A stretch of DNA of 64,000 nt, from the NCBI GenBank assembly GCA_963665295.1, contig OY762209.1:2720001-2784000 (forward strand), read 5' to 3'. Each line of letters opens with the position of its first letter. Position 1 is the first letter of the stretch. The translations under genes and the position numbers were made by a program. The notes beneath the pieces are model-generated. The model was given only the letters and a program-made list of their open reading frames with translations, was not told the DNA's origin and searched no databases. Positions 8,652-18,629 of this stretch are shown here, piece by piece. Source of the stretch: Syntrophorhabdaceae bacterium (GTDB taxonomy: Bacteria; Desulfobacterota; Syntrophorhabdia; Syntrophorhabdales; Syntrophorhabdaceae).

Positions 8652-10184
8652 ATGATCTCCAAGATCTTCACCGCCACTCTTTTCGGAATTGACGGGATAA
8701 AAGTGGACGTGGAAGTCGATATTGCATACGGTCTTCCTTCATTCAGCATCGTGGGCCTTCCCGAGACGTCCGTCAAGGAAAGCAAGGAAAGGGTCAGGGC
8801 TGCGATAAACAACGCCGGATTCGAGTTTCCTAACGACAGGATTACCATCAACCTTGCCCCTGCGGACCTCAGGAAAGAAGGATCTTCCTTTGACCTTCCT
8901 ATTGCGGTGGGCATCCTCACATCCCTCGGCATCATCAAGAGGGAAGCAGTTCAGGACTATCTCATCGCCGGGGAGCTTTCCCTCGATGGGAGGATTAAAG
9001 GGGTTCGCGGCACCCTGCCCATTGCCATTCTTGCCCGGAGGGAAAAGGTGGCGAGCATTATCGTCCCCCGGGAGAACATGTTGGAAGCCTCCATAATTAA
9101 GGACGTCGCCGTATATGGAGCGGCACACCTTCTCGATATTGTGCAGTTTTTCAAAGGTGAAGGAGAGCTTGAGAGGATTTCGCAGTTCCACGATATGACT
9201 TCCCACAGCGGTCGGGATTCGGGGCTGAGTTTTGCGGACATAAAAGGCCAGAGTCAGGCGAAACGGGCCCTCGAGATCGGCGCAAGCGGGAGCCACAACG
9301 TTCTCATGATCGGGCCTCCGGGGTCGGGAAAGACCATGCTTGCCCGGCGCATCTCCAGTATTCTCCCTCCCCTCGTGTACGAGGAGGCCATAGAGACCAC
9401 GAAGATTCACAGCATAGCCGGTTATCTCGACGCCGACAGGTATCTCGTTCTGGAGCGCCCCTTCAGAGCGCCCCATCATACGATCTCGGACGCGGGGCTG
9501 ATAGGGGGAGGCCATGTTCCCAAACCGGGAGAGGTGAGCCTTGCCCACAACGGTGTGCTCTTTCTCGACGAGTTCCCCGAATTCAGAAGAAATGTCCTTG
9601 ATGCCCTGCGGCAGCCCCTTGAAGACGGAAATGTGACGATCTCACGGGTTAACCATTCGGTCACCTATCCGGCCCGTTTCATGCTGATCGCCGCCATGAA
9701 CCCCTGCCCCTGCGGGTACTGGGGCGACTCGCGGAGGGCCTGCGTGTGCAACGGCGCCCAGATCAGAAGGTACAGGTCCAAAGTCTCGGGCCCGCTCCTT
9801 GACAGGATGGACATTCATATCGAAGTCCCCCCTGTCACCATAAGAGAACTCTCCATGGACAGGGAAGAGGAATCTTCGGACGTGATAAGGGAAAGGGTGG
9901 CCGGGGCGCGGCAAATTCAGGAAGAGAGGTTCAAGGGCAAGAAGATCCACGCGAACAGCCAGATGACCGCGAAAATGGTGAAGAAACATTGTGTGGTAAA
10001 CTCTGAAGGCCAACTCCTCCTCGAAAGGGCCGTGGAAAAGTTCGGACTCTCCCCCCGCGCCTATCACCGTGTCCTCAAAGTGGCAAGGACCATCGCCGAC
10101 CTGGATGGGAAGGAGCACATGGAAGAGTCGCACATAGCGGAGGCCATACAATACCGCGCATTAGACAAAAGACATTCTCTGTAG
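8652..10184 (+). CDS. comM: YifB/ComM Mg-chelatase-like AAA+ ATPase
   Basis: KEGSSFDLPIA, GPPGSGKT, PFRAPHH, LFLDE and MNPCPCG motifs. Confidence 0.93.
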   Translation: MISKIFTATLFGIDGIKVDVEVDIAYGLPSFSIVGLPETSVKESKERVRAAINNAGFEFPNDRITINLAPADLRKEGSSFDLPIAVGILTSLGIIKREAVQDYLIAGELSLDGRIKGVRGTLPIAILARREKVASIIVPRENMLEASIIKDVAVYGAAHLLDIVQFFKGEGELERISQFHDMTSHSGRDSGLSFADIKGQSQAKRALEIGASGSHNVLMIGPPGSGKTMLARRISSILPPLVYEEAIETTKIHSIAGYLDADRYLVLERPFRAPHHTISDAGLIGGGHVPKPGEVSLAHNGVLFLDEFPEFRRNVLDALRQPLEDGNVTISRVNHSVTYPARFMLIAAMNPCPCGYWGDSRRACVCNGAQIRRYRSKVSGPLLDRMDIHIEVPPVTIRELSMDREEESSDVIRERVAGARQIQEERFKGKKIHANSQMTAKMVKKHCVVNSEGQLLLERAVEKFGLSPRAYHRVLKVARTIADLDGKEHMEESHIAEAIQYRALDKRHSL

Positions 10185-10454
10185 CCGAAACAGAAGGGCC
10201 CGCCGCGCCCCCTGGAACCATTTTCCGCGACGCCTTGCGGAAGAGCCGGTAGGACCATTCCGGCATATTTCCCCGGTTCATACCGACCATCATTTTTCAC
10301 ATCCCTCTTCGCTCTTCTCTCGCGTCCTGCCAAGCCCGGCCTGTCACCGGAGATAGATCCGTATGGACATCAGGACCTTGCGGTTTTATCTTGATTGTAT
10401 ACAGAATCGCGAAGATGGGCTATTATTCTATAATAAGACCTTGGGGAGGAAGAC

Positions 10455-10892
10455 ATGGGCAGAAGGCCGAAAATCTTGCTTGTGGATAACGACGTGGATT
10501 TTGTGGACCTCAATAAGGCCATCCTCGAGAATAACGGGTTCGAGGTTGTACCCGCGTTTTCAGGTCGCGAGGTAATGGACAAGGTGAGGTTCGAGCAGCC
10601 CGACCTTATTATCCTCGACCTCATGCTGGAAAAGCATGACACGGGTTTTGCCGTTGCCAAGGCCCTGAAGGCGGACCCCATTTACAGGAATATCCCCATA
10701 CTCATGCTGACTGCCGTAGAGAGCGAGACAGGCATGGACTTTTGCCAGGCCCTCGACGGCTACTGGATGAAGACGGATGACTACGCAAATAAACCACTCC
10801 CTCCCGAAGAACTGATGGAAAGAATAATCCGGCTCCTCGTAAGGGCAAGAAAGAACGCTGAAGACGCGTATGACAAACAAGGAGTGTTTTAA
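10455..10892 (+). CDS. Single-domain response regulator
   Basis: Receiver with ILLVDND, IILDLML, LMLTA and NKP motifs. Confidence 0.9.
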   Translation: MGRRPKILLVDNDVDFVDLNKAILENNGFEVVPAFSGREVMDKVRFEQPDLIILDLMLEKHDTGFAVAKALKADPIYRNIPILMLTAVESETGMDFCQALDGYWMKTDDYANKPLPPEELMERIIRLLVRARKNAEDAYDKQGVF

Positions 10893-10936
10893 CTCCCATG
10901 ACGAGCAAAGGGGGACGACCCAAGCCCCATTAACCT

Positions 10937-12127
10937 ATGTTGATGAAGAAAGCACGCATATTAATCGTTGACGGCGAGGAGGGCATGGAGGAGAGATATG
11001 GCCCCGCCATGAGGAGTGGAGGCTGCTCCGTAGACATCGCCTGGAGCGGGGATAGGGCCCTGGAAATGGCGGCGGACGGGGACTACGATCTTGTGGTTGT
11101 CGATCTGGCGGCCTTTACGGAGACCCTTGACCTCGTGGAAGCCATAGGGCGCGCGGACCCGCGGGTCGTGGTGATCGCAGTGGCAGGCCGCTCAGCGGGG
11201 GATGGGATGGAAGCGGTGAAGCGTGGGGCCTACGATTTTGTGGAGGAACCGTTTCCTCCGGAACGGCTCATGGTCGTGGTAACACGGGGACTGGAAAAAA
11301 GACGGTTAAGCGACGAAGTGAGGACCCTTGATTCAACCCTCAAGGCAATGGCCGGGGAACAGGAGGGCTGTGAAGGCGCGAGGTCAAGGTTCGTCACCAT
11401 GGTCGCCCACGAGTTGAGGGCGCCCCTTGCCGCAGTGGAAGGGTATCTTTCCGCCTACCTCACCGGCGCGGCGGGGACGGACCCGGAGTTGAACCGCCGG
11501 ATGCTCGAACGGGCGCGGCAGAGGACCCATTCCTTGTTGGATCTTGTAAACGACCTTCTGCAATATAACCGCCTCGAATCGCCGCGGATCGACAGAAAGA
11601 GGGAACTGCTCAACATGGTGGACATGATCGCGGACACCATGGAGCTGATGAAGACGGAGGGCGAGAGCAGAGGGCTTACCTTCGAGACACATTTTCAGGA
11701 ATCACTTCCCCTTATCGAGGCGAACAGGACAGAAATGGAGCAACTTCTTACGAACCTCATTTCCAACGCCATCAAATATAATGTAACAAAGGGCAAGGTG
11801 GAAGTGTCGGCGAAGTCTCTGGAGAGGGCTATCGAGGTCAAGGTGACGGACACGGGTATAGGGATCGGCAAGGAAGACCTGCTCTTTATTTTTGAAGAGT
11901 TTTACAGGGCTTCGGGACCTCAAACCAGATATACCACGGGGACCGGTCTCGGCCTTTCCATTGTAAAAAGGATCGTGGACGCCTACTGCGGCCTTATAGA
12001 AGTGGAGAGTATACCGGGAAGGGGCACGACTTTCGCGGTGATGCTCCCTGTCAGCGCGGGCCGGCCTTCCCGGGACGACGGGGAAAAGGGAAAGGGGAAA
12101 GAGGACAGCGTCCACTCGGGTTCGTGA
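10937..12127 (+). CDS. Hybrid histidine kinase with degenerate N-terminal receiver
   Basis: AHELRAPL H-box, NLISNAIKYN, DTGIGI and GTGLGL; the receiver has EPF in place of KPF. Confidence 0.9.
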   Translation: MLMKKARILIVDGEEGMEERYGPAMRSGGCSVDIAWSGDRALEMAADGDYDLVVVDLAAFTETLDLVEAIGRADPRVVVIAVAGRSAGDGMEAVKRGAYDFVEEPFPPERLMVVVTRGLEKRRLSDEVRTLDSTLKAMAGEQEGCEGARSRFVTMVAHELRAPLAAVEGYLSAYLTGAAGTDPELNRRMLERARQRTHSLLDLVNDLLQYNRLESPRIDRKRELLNMVDMIADTMELMKTEGESRGLTFETHFQESLPLIEANRTEMEQLLTNLISNAIKYNVTKGKVEVSAKSLERAIEVKVTDTGIGIGKEDLLFIFEEFYRASGPQTRYTTGTGLGLSIVKRIVDAYCGLIEVESIPGRGTTFAVMLPVSAGRPSRDDGEKGKGKEDSVHSGS

Positions 12128-12179
12128 ACGGGCCGTGTCCGGAGGCGAAGGGAACAGACCGAAGAGGAGGGGACAGCCA

Positions 12180-14438
12180 ATGGCGAGAGAGCTGATACCG
12201 AATGAGATTGTGGAGAAAAGGCAACTGGCGCCGTCAATCACTCTTTTCAAACTCTATGTGCCGGACATAGCGACGAAGGTAAAACCGGGACAGTTCGTCG
12301 TCCTCCGGGCAAATGATTACGCGGAAAGGATCCCTCTTACCGTGGCTGATTTCGACCGCGACCAGGGCCTCATCACCATCGTCTTTCAGACCGTCGGGAC
12401 TTCTACCCAAAAGATGGAGAAATTTGAGGAGGGCCAGACGATCCTGGACGTGGTGGGACCTCTCGGGAAACCCAGCCACATCGAAAAATTCGGCACCGTT
12501 GTCTGCGTGGGAGGAGGAGTGGGCGTCGCTCCTGTGTATCCCATTGCAAAGGCCCTTCGCGAGGCCGGAAACGTGGTGATCTCCATCATCGGGGCCCGGA
12601 CCCGGGAGATGCTCATACTCGAAGACGAGATGCGGGCCATAAGCTCGGAGCTTTTTGTTACCACCGACGACGGTACATACGGGCGGCACGGTTTTGTCAC
12701 TGATGTGCTGAAGAAGCTGATCGATGAAGGGCGGAAGATCGATCTCGTTATCGGTATCGGTCCGGTGATCATGATGAAAGCGGTCACCGATGTGACCCGT
12801 CCCTTCAACCTGAAGACCGTGGTAAGCCTCAATACCATCATGGTGGACGGTACCGGCATGTGCGGGTGCTGCCGGGCCACCATCGGTGGAGAGACGAAGT
12901 TCGTATGCGTTGAAGGCCCGGAGTTCGACGGCCACCAGGTCGATTTCCTGGAGCTTGTGCAGCGGCAGAAGATGTATAACCGGGAAGAGCGGCGTGCCGT
13001 GTGGGACCACCAGTGCAAGCTCGAGTTCCAGGCCACGCAACTCAAGAAGACGAAGAAACGTGAGAAAATGCCGGAGCAGGACCCGAAACGGCGCATCCAG
13101 AACTTCGACGAGGTGGCCCTGGGCTACACGCGGGAGAACGCCATACGCGAAGCCTCCCGCTGCCTCCAGTGCAAGAACATGCCCTGCGTGGAAGGCTGTC
13201 CGGTCAACATCACTATTCCCCTCTTTATAAAGAAGATCAAGGAAGGCGATTTTATGGGCGCCATCCATGTGATAAAGGAGACGAACGCCTTGCCCGCGGT
13301 ATGCGGACGCGTCTGTCCCCAGGAATCTCAGTGCGAGAGCAAATGTGTGCTCGGCAAAAAGGGCGAGTCTGTAGCGATAGGCCGCCTGGAGCGATTCGCC
13401 GCGGACTTTGAATCGAAACAGGGCGACGTGCGCGTGCCCGAACCGGCGGCGCCCACGGGAAAACGGGTCGCCGTGGTCGGCGCCGGTCCCGCGGGACTCA
13501 CTGTTGCAGGTGAACTGGCGAAAAAAGGACACGACGTGACGATCTTCGAAGCCCTCCACAAGGCAGGCGGGGTACTCGTGTACGGCATTCCCGAATTCCG
13601 CCTCCCCAAGGCTATCGTCCAGAGAGAAGTCGATTATGTGAGCAAACTCGGCGCGAAGATTAAGGTGGACACCATAGTGGGGCAGACGGTGTCCGTGGAC
13701 GAACTGATGGCCCGGGGATACGACGCGGTCTTTGTAGGGACCGGCGCGGGCCTCCCTTATTTCCTCGACATCCCGGGGGAAAATCTGAACGGTGTTTACT
13801 CGGCCAACGAATTTCTCACCAGGGCGAACCTGATGAAGGCATACCTGTTCCCCGAATATGATACACCTGTCCGTGTGGGCAGCAAGGTGGCGGTCATCGG
13901 GGGCGGCAACGTGGCTATGGACTCCGCGAGGGTTGCAAAGAGGATGGGCGCGGACCACGTCTATCTCATCTACCGGAGGTCCCGCACCGAGATGCCCGCG
14001 AGGGCGGAGGAATCCCATCACGCGGAGGAAGAGGGCATCGACTTCAGGCTCCTCACGAACCCTATACGGGTCGTGGGCGATGAGAGCGGCTGGGTGAAGG
14101 GTATCGAATGCGTCCGGATGGAACTCGGCGAGCCCGACGCGTCGGGGAGAAGGAGGCCTGTGGAGAAGAAGGGATCAAATTACATAATCGACGTTGACGT
14201 GGTTGTGGTGGCTATCGGACAGGGTCCCAACCCCATACTCGCCCGGAACACGGAAGGATTGGAATTGAGAAGAACAGGCAATATCGAAGCTGATCCGGAA
14301 ACGGGCAAGACCAGTAAGAAGGGCGTGTTCGCGGGAGGCGACATCGTCACCGGCGCGGCAACGGTAATCCTTGCCATGGGCGCGGGAAGAAAAGCGGCGG
14401 CGGCCATAGACGAGTACCTGAGAACGGGCAAATGGTAG
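12180..14438 (+). CDS. nfnAB: Fused NfnA-NfnB, probable electron-bifurcating NADH-dependent reduced ferredoxin:NADP+ oxidoreductase
   Basis: N-terminal ERIPLT, GPLG and MVDGTGMCGCCR...CVEGPEF (NfnA). C-terminal RCLQC..C..GCP, CGRVCPQE..CE, GAGPAG and GGGNVAMD (NfnB/GltD-like). Confidence 0.88.
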   Translation: MARELIPNEIVEKRQLAPSITLFKLYVPDIATKVKPGQFVVLRANDYAERIPLTVADFDRDQGLITIVFQTVGTSTQKMEKFEEGQTILDVVGPLGKPSHIEKFGTVVCVGGGVGVAPVYPIAKALREAGNVVISIIGARTREMLILEDEMRAISSELFVTTDDGTYGRHGFVTDVLKKLIDEGRKIDLVIGIGPVIMMKAVTDVTRPFNLKTVVSLNTIMVDGTGMCGCCRATIGGETKFVCVEGPEFDGHQVDFLELVQRQKMYNREERRAVWDHQCKLEFQATQLKKTKKREKMPEQDPKRRIQNFDEVALGYTRENAIREASRCLQCKNMPCVEGCPVNITIPLFIKKIKEGDFMGAIHVIKETNALPAVCGRVCPQESQCESKCVLGKKGESVAIGRLERFAADFESKQGDVRVPEPAAPTGKRVAVVGAGPAGLTVAGELAKKGHDVTIFEALHKAGGVLVYGIPEFRLPKAIVQREVDYVSKLGAKIKVDTIVGQTVSVDELMARGYDAVFVGTGAGLPYFLDIPGENLNGVYSANEFLTRANLMKAYLFPEYDTPVRVGSKVAVIGGGNVAMDSARVAKRMGADHVYLIYRRSRTEMPARAEESHHAEEEGIDFRLLTNPIRVVGDESGWVKGIECVRMELGEPDASGRRRPVEKKGSNYIIDVDVVVVAIGQGPNPILARNTEGLELRRTGNIEADPETGKTSKKGVFAGGDIVTGAATVILAMGAGRKAAAAIDEYLRTGKW

Positions 14439-14502
14439 GGTGATGTGAGCCGTTCAGGCGCACGCCCGACAGGGGCACACATGGGTAGAAGGAAGAGACA
14501 AT

Positions 14503-14532
14503 GAGGCCGCACCGCGGGAAGGAGGCGCGGCC
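14503..14532. terminator. GC-rich hairpin between convergent genes
   Basis: AGGCCGC...GCGGCCT stem with only a weak U tail. Confidence 0.35.
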
Positions 14533-14550
14533 TTCGCCTTCTATGTGACG

Positions 14551-14883
14551 CTACGCCGCCAGACCCAGGGCGACGAGGAGTTTGACTGCGGCGGATATCA
14601 GTTTTGCAGCGGCATTGATGGCCTCCGCCACCTTTGAGATGTCTTGTTGGGCGGTCTTGATGGCCTTATTTGCTTCACTCACCGCCTCAGTTGCCTTCTT
14701 GTATTCAGCCATAGTCTCGTCCAGTTTTTTATTCCACATCTTTTCCTGAGTGGCGGTCAACTCCAGGATCTCATTATAGACGTCGTCTTTCTGCGGACCC
14801 GGGGGTAGTGAATTGTGAAGCGCATTGAGTCCGGTCAGGACGGTTGACACACCGCTTTTCAGGTCGGTCTTTTGATCAGGCAT
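14551..14883 (-). CDS. Hypothetical alpha-helical protein with hydrophobic C-terminus
   Basis: 110 aa, GAGGAGGGAG RBS, heptad-like pattern, ends ISAAVKLLVALGLAA. Confidence 0.8.
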   Translation of the reverse strand: MPDQKTDLKSGVSTVLTGLNALHNSLPPGPQKDDVYNEILELTATQEKMWNKKLDETMAEYKKATEAVSEANKAIKTAQQDISKVAEAINAAAKLISAAVKLLVALGLAA

Positions 14884-14905
14884 TTCTCCCTCCTCTCATA
14901 GATGG

Positions 14906-15793
14906 TTATTTACTCAAGACCCTTACCGCGTCCACAAGAACCTTTACGTTTGTACCGAATTCCTTAATATCTTTTTCGGAAACGGCGTCGGACTCGACGG
15001 CCAGGGCCATCTCGTTGTTCGCCTTCTGGAGCTTGATCAACGCGTCCCGGATGTCGGCAAAAATGACCTTGCTGCGGGTAAAATTACCCTGTGCATCCTC
15101 GTGGGCTTTAAGGGCCTTTTCCCGGCAATAGATATCGATACATTTGTCAAAGATCCGGACTGCGGTCGCGGCGGTGCGCGCCGCATACAGAAGGTATATC
15201 CCCGCCGGGGTGCCGTCCGCCTGCTGGTCGAAAGTGTGTGCGATTGTCCCGGCCAGACGGTTGACCGGTTCCTTGTAGGTCCTGACTATCTTGAGTACAT
15301 ACTCTTTTTTCATTTCTTCGAGGAACATTCCTCCCCCGGTAGTCACCAGTTTGGCGATGGCATCCTTGTCGTCCTTGGACAGGGTGAGGTATTCGGCGGG
15401 TATGCCGTCCGTGCTTTTTACAAGGTTATCGGCGGCTTTCTTGAGATCATCCTCCCGGGTGTCCTTAACCAGCGTCTGCAAAGACTCGCCGTAAGTCTTG
15501 AGCATTTCGACGGCCCGAAAGATCGCTGTTGTGACCTCGGGCGTAAATATACCTTCAAACTTGCCCATCTCCACGAAGTCCTTTCGGGGCCCGGCGAGTT
15601 CGAGGGCGCTCCGGTTCATCGAGATAGCTTCGTTTCGCATGGAGACGACCTCGTTGGAGGCGATTTTGCCGACTGCCGCAGTCGATGAGGCGAAGTTATC
15701 GACGGCGGCACGCTGAGTCGCATGTAGCCCGCAACCCGTAATCATCGCGAGCGCCATGAGGGCCGGTAACAAAAACGACCAATGCCTTTTCAT
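14906..15793 (-). CDS. Hypothetical alpha-helical lipoprotein
   Basis: AAGGAGG RBS; signal peptide MKRHWSFLLPALMALAMITG-C (lipobox); long ORF. Confidence 0.8.
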   Translation of the reverse strand: MKRHWSFLLPALMALAMITGCGLHATQRAAVDNFASSTAAVGKIASNEVVSMRNEAISMNRSALELAGPRKDFVEMGKFEGIFTPEVTTAIFRAVEMLKTYGESLQTLVKDTREDDLKKAADNLVKSTDGIPAEYLTLSKDDKDAIAKLVTTGGGMFLEEMKKEYVLKIVRTYKEPVNRLAGTIAHTFDQQADGTPAGIYLLYAARTAATAVRIFDKCIDIYCREKALKAHEDAQGNFTRSKVIFADIRDALIKLQKANNEMALAVESDAVSEKDIKEFGTNVKVLVDAVRVLSK

Positions 15794-15822
15794 ACTTTGT
15801 CCTCCTTCAGAAATGTGTTTAT

Positions 15823-15848
15823 CACAGGGCAACCCATATTGCCCTGTG
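15823..15848. repeat. Perfect 10-bp stem hairpin upstream of the lipoprotein gene
   Basis: CACAGGGCAA-cccata-TTGCCCTGTG. Confidence 0.8.
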
Positions 15849-16339
15849 CCGTTTACCTGAGCCCGTATCAATAACCGTGACCAGTCTGGACCCGTGTTCG
15901 CCCTCGACCGGAAGAGTTGAGCCTTGAGGATGGTTGCATTTGCGCCGACAGGTATGGATCGACCGGAATCGGAGGAGAACGGGATGTCTGCGAAAAATCG
16001 TTATGATGAAAGCGCCTGGTCCCCCGAGTCTCAGCTTCACTGATTTTTCAACACCCTGGAGGCTCATAAGCTCCTTCCTTTCTATGGGCTCAGGCGATTG
16101 AAAATGTCTGGTGGTGTCGATTTACTGATCCCGGACGATGTGTTAATTATTGACCGTTTTTTTCGGGTTTGCAAGAGGAAAACAAGACTTTTTACGCTCC
16201 AACTCCCCTGTCCCGAAGCCTTCCCCGCCAAGGTTCGGGCTGCTCGTGGCGAAGTATTGACCTTATCAAGAAAAGACTTAGACTTCTATGAGTACGAATG
16301 CTGATCGTGTCCGCCTGTTGGCGGACGGAAGGAGGATGG

Positions 16340-16879
16340 ATGGCCAAGTTTGTGCTGGATGAGGAGCACTGTTCTGCCCGGTTTGAGGTTCGTCACATGA
16401 TGGTGACATGGGTTGAGGGGCAGTTTTGCAAGGTGAGGGGCTCTCTCGAATTTGACCCCCTTCAAGTCGCCCAACTGTCCGTGAAAGCCGAGATTGACGT
16501 GGCAAGCATCTATACGGGAGTGGAAAAACGCGACGACGACCTTAGGAGCCCGAACTACTTCGATGCGGAAAAATATCCTGCCATCACTTTCGAAAGCACC
16601 GGCGCCGAGGTTGCGGGCATCGACCGCTGCTTCGTGCGGGGGGACCTGACGATCCACGGCGTGACCCGTCAGGTGACCCTCGACGTGAGTTTCGCCGGGC
16701 CGTCCCATTTTGACGATGAAGGCCGTTTATACACCACCTATGGCTTTCGGGCGAGGACCCGCGTCAACCGTGAAGATTTCGGGATGATGACCAACATGGA
16801 GCTGGAAAACGGTGGGTGCATGGTGGGCAGGCACGCGTACCTGACGATCAACGCGGAAGCGGACCTGGTGGAGGAATAA
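16340..16879 (+). CDS. YceI-family polyisoprenoid-binding protein
   Basis: FEVRHMMV..V.GQF, SIYTGVEKRDDDLRSPNYFD..KYPAITF and GDLTIHGVT motifs. Confidence 0.92.
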   Translation: MAKFVLDEEHCSARFEVRHMMVTWVEGQFCKVRGSLEFDPLQVAQLSVKAEIDVASIYTGVEKRDDDLRSPNYFDAEKYPAITFESTGAEVAGIDRCFVRGDLTIHGVTRQVTLDVSFAGPSHFDDEGRLYTTYGFRARTRVNREDFGMMTNMELENGGCMVGRHAYLTINAEADLVEE

Positions 16880-17006
16880 ACCCCGGCGTCATGCCCGGCG
16901 TTGGGAAGACTTCTCCTGACCGCAGCATACGTTCCCCGGCCATGCATATGTCACGCGCTTCCTGTTCCGATAGCCTGAGATGGACGTTTTCTGTTATACT
17001 CTTCAA

Positions 17007-17810
17007 ATGCGGGTCTTTGAACGGATAGAGGTGGAATGCTACAGTGGCTACAAGGCCGATGAACGCCCTGTGGCCTTTGTCCGGAGAGAAGGCCGATACG
17101 AAATAACGGAGATTATGGACCGGTGGTACGAGGGTGGTCTTGAGCCCGGACGTCCGGAGGCAGACTACTTCAAGGTGAGGAGCAGTGAAAACGAGGTATT
17201 TCTCCTCTGTTATATCCCCCTTTCCGACGAGTGGTCCCTGTACACGGGTGAAGAAGAAGATGGGCCCCGGGGCCCGGACTCGCACGACCGGTCATTATCG
17301 AAAGGCGGACAGGGTATGGCAGACGAAATTATGGTGAGGATGATCAGATATTTCGGGGATGATGCGAGGCGGACAAACCATGCGGTAAAGGTTCATGGTT
17401 TCGCGGGAGCCATCTGCGGCGGCGAAGGAATATCAGGAACGACGGGAGAGATTATTATGCTCGCGGCGATCCTCCATGATATCGGTATAAAAGAGGCTGA
17501 AAGGAAATACGGCTCTTCAGCGGGAAAATACCAGGAAATGGAAGGTCCCCCCATCGCCGGACAGATACTCCGCGAGGCCGCGATAGAGGAAAAGATCGTG
17601 GAGAGAGTCTTGTTTCTTATTGGGAATCACCATACCTACAGCAAGATTGACGGCATCGATTTTCAAATCCTCGTGGAGGCCGATTTCATCGTGAATATTT
17701 TCGAGGACGCCATGAAAGGCAATGCCGTAGAGAGTGTGCGCAAGAAGTATTTCAAGACCCGGACCGGCAGGGATATTCTCGATTCCCTCTATCCGTCCGG
17801 CCGCGCATAG
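17007..17810 (+). CDS. Small DUF6504-like domain in frame with an HD-domain phosphohydrolase (possible internal start at 17316)
   Basis: VECYSGYKADERP..F...DRWY...YFKV, then a low-complexity linker, then H...AILHDIG...IGNHH...LVEAD. Confidence 0.75.
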   Translation: MRVFERIEVECYSGYKADERPVAFVRREGRYEITEIMDRWYEGGLEPGRPEADYFKVRSSENEVFLLCYIPLSDEWSLYTGEEEDGPRGPDSHDRSLSKGGQGMADEIMVRMIRYFGDDARRTNHAVKVHGFAGAICGGEGISGTTGEIIMLAAILHDIGIKEAERKYGSSAGKYQEMEGPPIAGQILREAAIEEKIVERVLFLIGNHHTYSKIDGIDFQILVEADFIVNIFEDAMKGNAVESVRKKYFKTRTGRDILDSLYPSGRA

Positions 17811-17822
17811 GGAGAGGGCGCC

Positions 17823-18452
17823 ATGCCCGATACATCCACTCTCGTTCTGTTCTTCGGGGCCGCCCTGGCCCTTCTGGTCACCCCGGGCCCTGCGGTGATC
17901 TTCGTCATAACCCGCAGCATTGAACGGGGCCGTGCGGCAGGCGTCGTTTCCGCATCAGGCATGGCGGTAGGAACCCTGTTTCATGTAACGGCCGCGGTGG
18001 CGGGCCTCTCCGCGTTAATGCTTTCCTCGGCTATGGCGTTTAACAGCGTAAAATACGCGGGCGCTTTGTACCTCATCTATCTGGGGATCAGGAAGCTTTT
18101 TTCCCGGGAGGACGCCTTCAAGCCCGACAGAAGGAAAAGTGGGGACATGAGACAGCTTTTCCTGCAGGCGGTTATGGTAAACGCACTTAATCCCAAGACG
18201 GCTCTCTTTTTCATCGCCTTCTTGCCCCAGTTCATCGACACGTCAAAAGGGACTGTAGCGGGACAGGTCCTGTTCTTCGGCGTTGCATTGGCGATCATGG
18301 GATTTTTCAGCGACAGCCTGTACGCGCTGCTCGCCGGCGGAACGGCGAAGTTCTTTCGCGGCGCCATGTCCGTTATCCCCCGGTATGTGTCGGGCGGAGT
18401 CTATATCGGCCTCGGCATCGTAGCCGCGTTTTCGTCCCTGGAAAGAAAATGA
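17823..18452 (+). CDS. LysE/RhtB-family exporter
   Basis: TPGP, KYAGALYLIYLG and LNPKTALFF..FLPQF motifs. Confidence 0.92.
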   Translation: MPDTSTLVLFFGAALALLVTPGPAVIFVITRSIERGRAAGVVSASGMAVGTLFHVTAAVAGLSALMLSSAMAFNSVKYAGALYLIYLGIRKLFSREDAFKPDRRKSGDMRQLFLQAVMVNALNPKTALFFIAFLPQFIDTSKGTVAGQVLFFGVALAIMGFFSDSLYALLAGGTAKFFRGAMSVIPRYVSGGVYIGLGIVAAFSSLERK

Positions 18453-18629
18453 CAGGTCCCGTTGTCCCTGGAGGACGGAACGCGATGGCCGGCCGCCTTC
18501 CCGCGCGAGGACATCTGCATTTCCCGGTTGAAGAAACGAATGAGAACGATTACTATATTCCAAGGGAAGACCTGACCCCGATCCGGACCCGAAATGTGTA
18601 CCAATTCAAGAGACTAGGAGGTATATGCC

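Noticed and set aside
12234..14021. Long antisense ORFs (595 aa here; also 3167-4324, 35083-36267, 39336-40634 and others)
   Set aside because: Shadow frames of GC-rich genes with no recognisable motifs.
15850..15945. Possible c-di-GMP-I (GEMM) riboswitch upstream of the lipoprotein
   Set aside because: Only loose similarity; the GGCAAA and GACGCAAAGC cores and GNRA loop are not intact.
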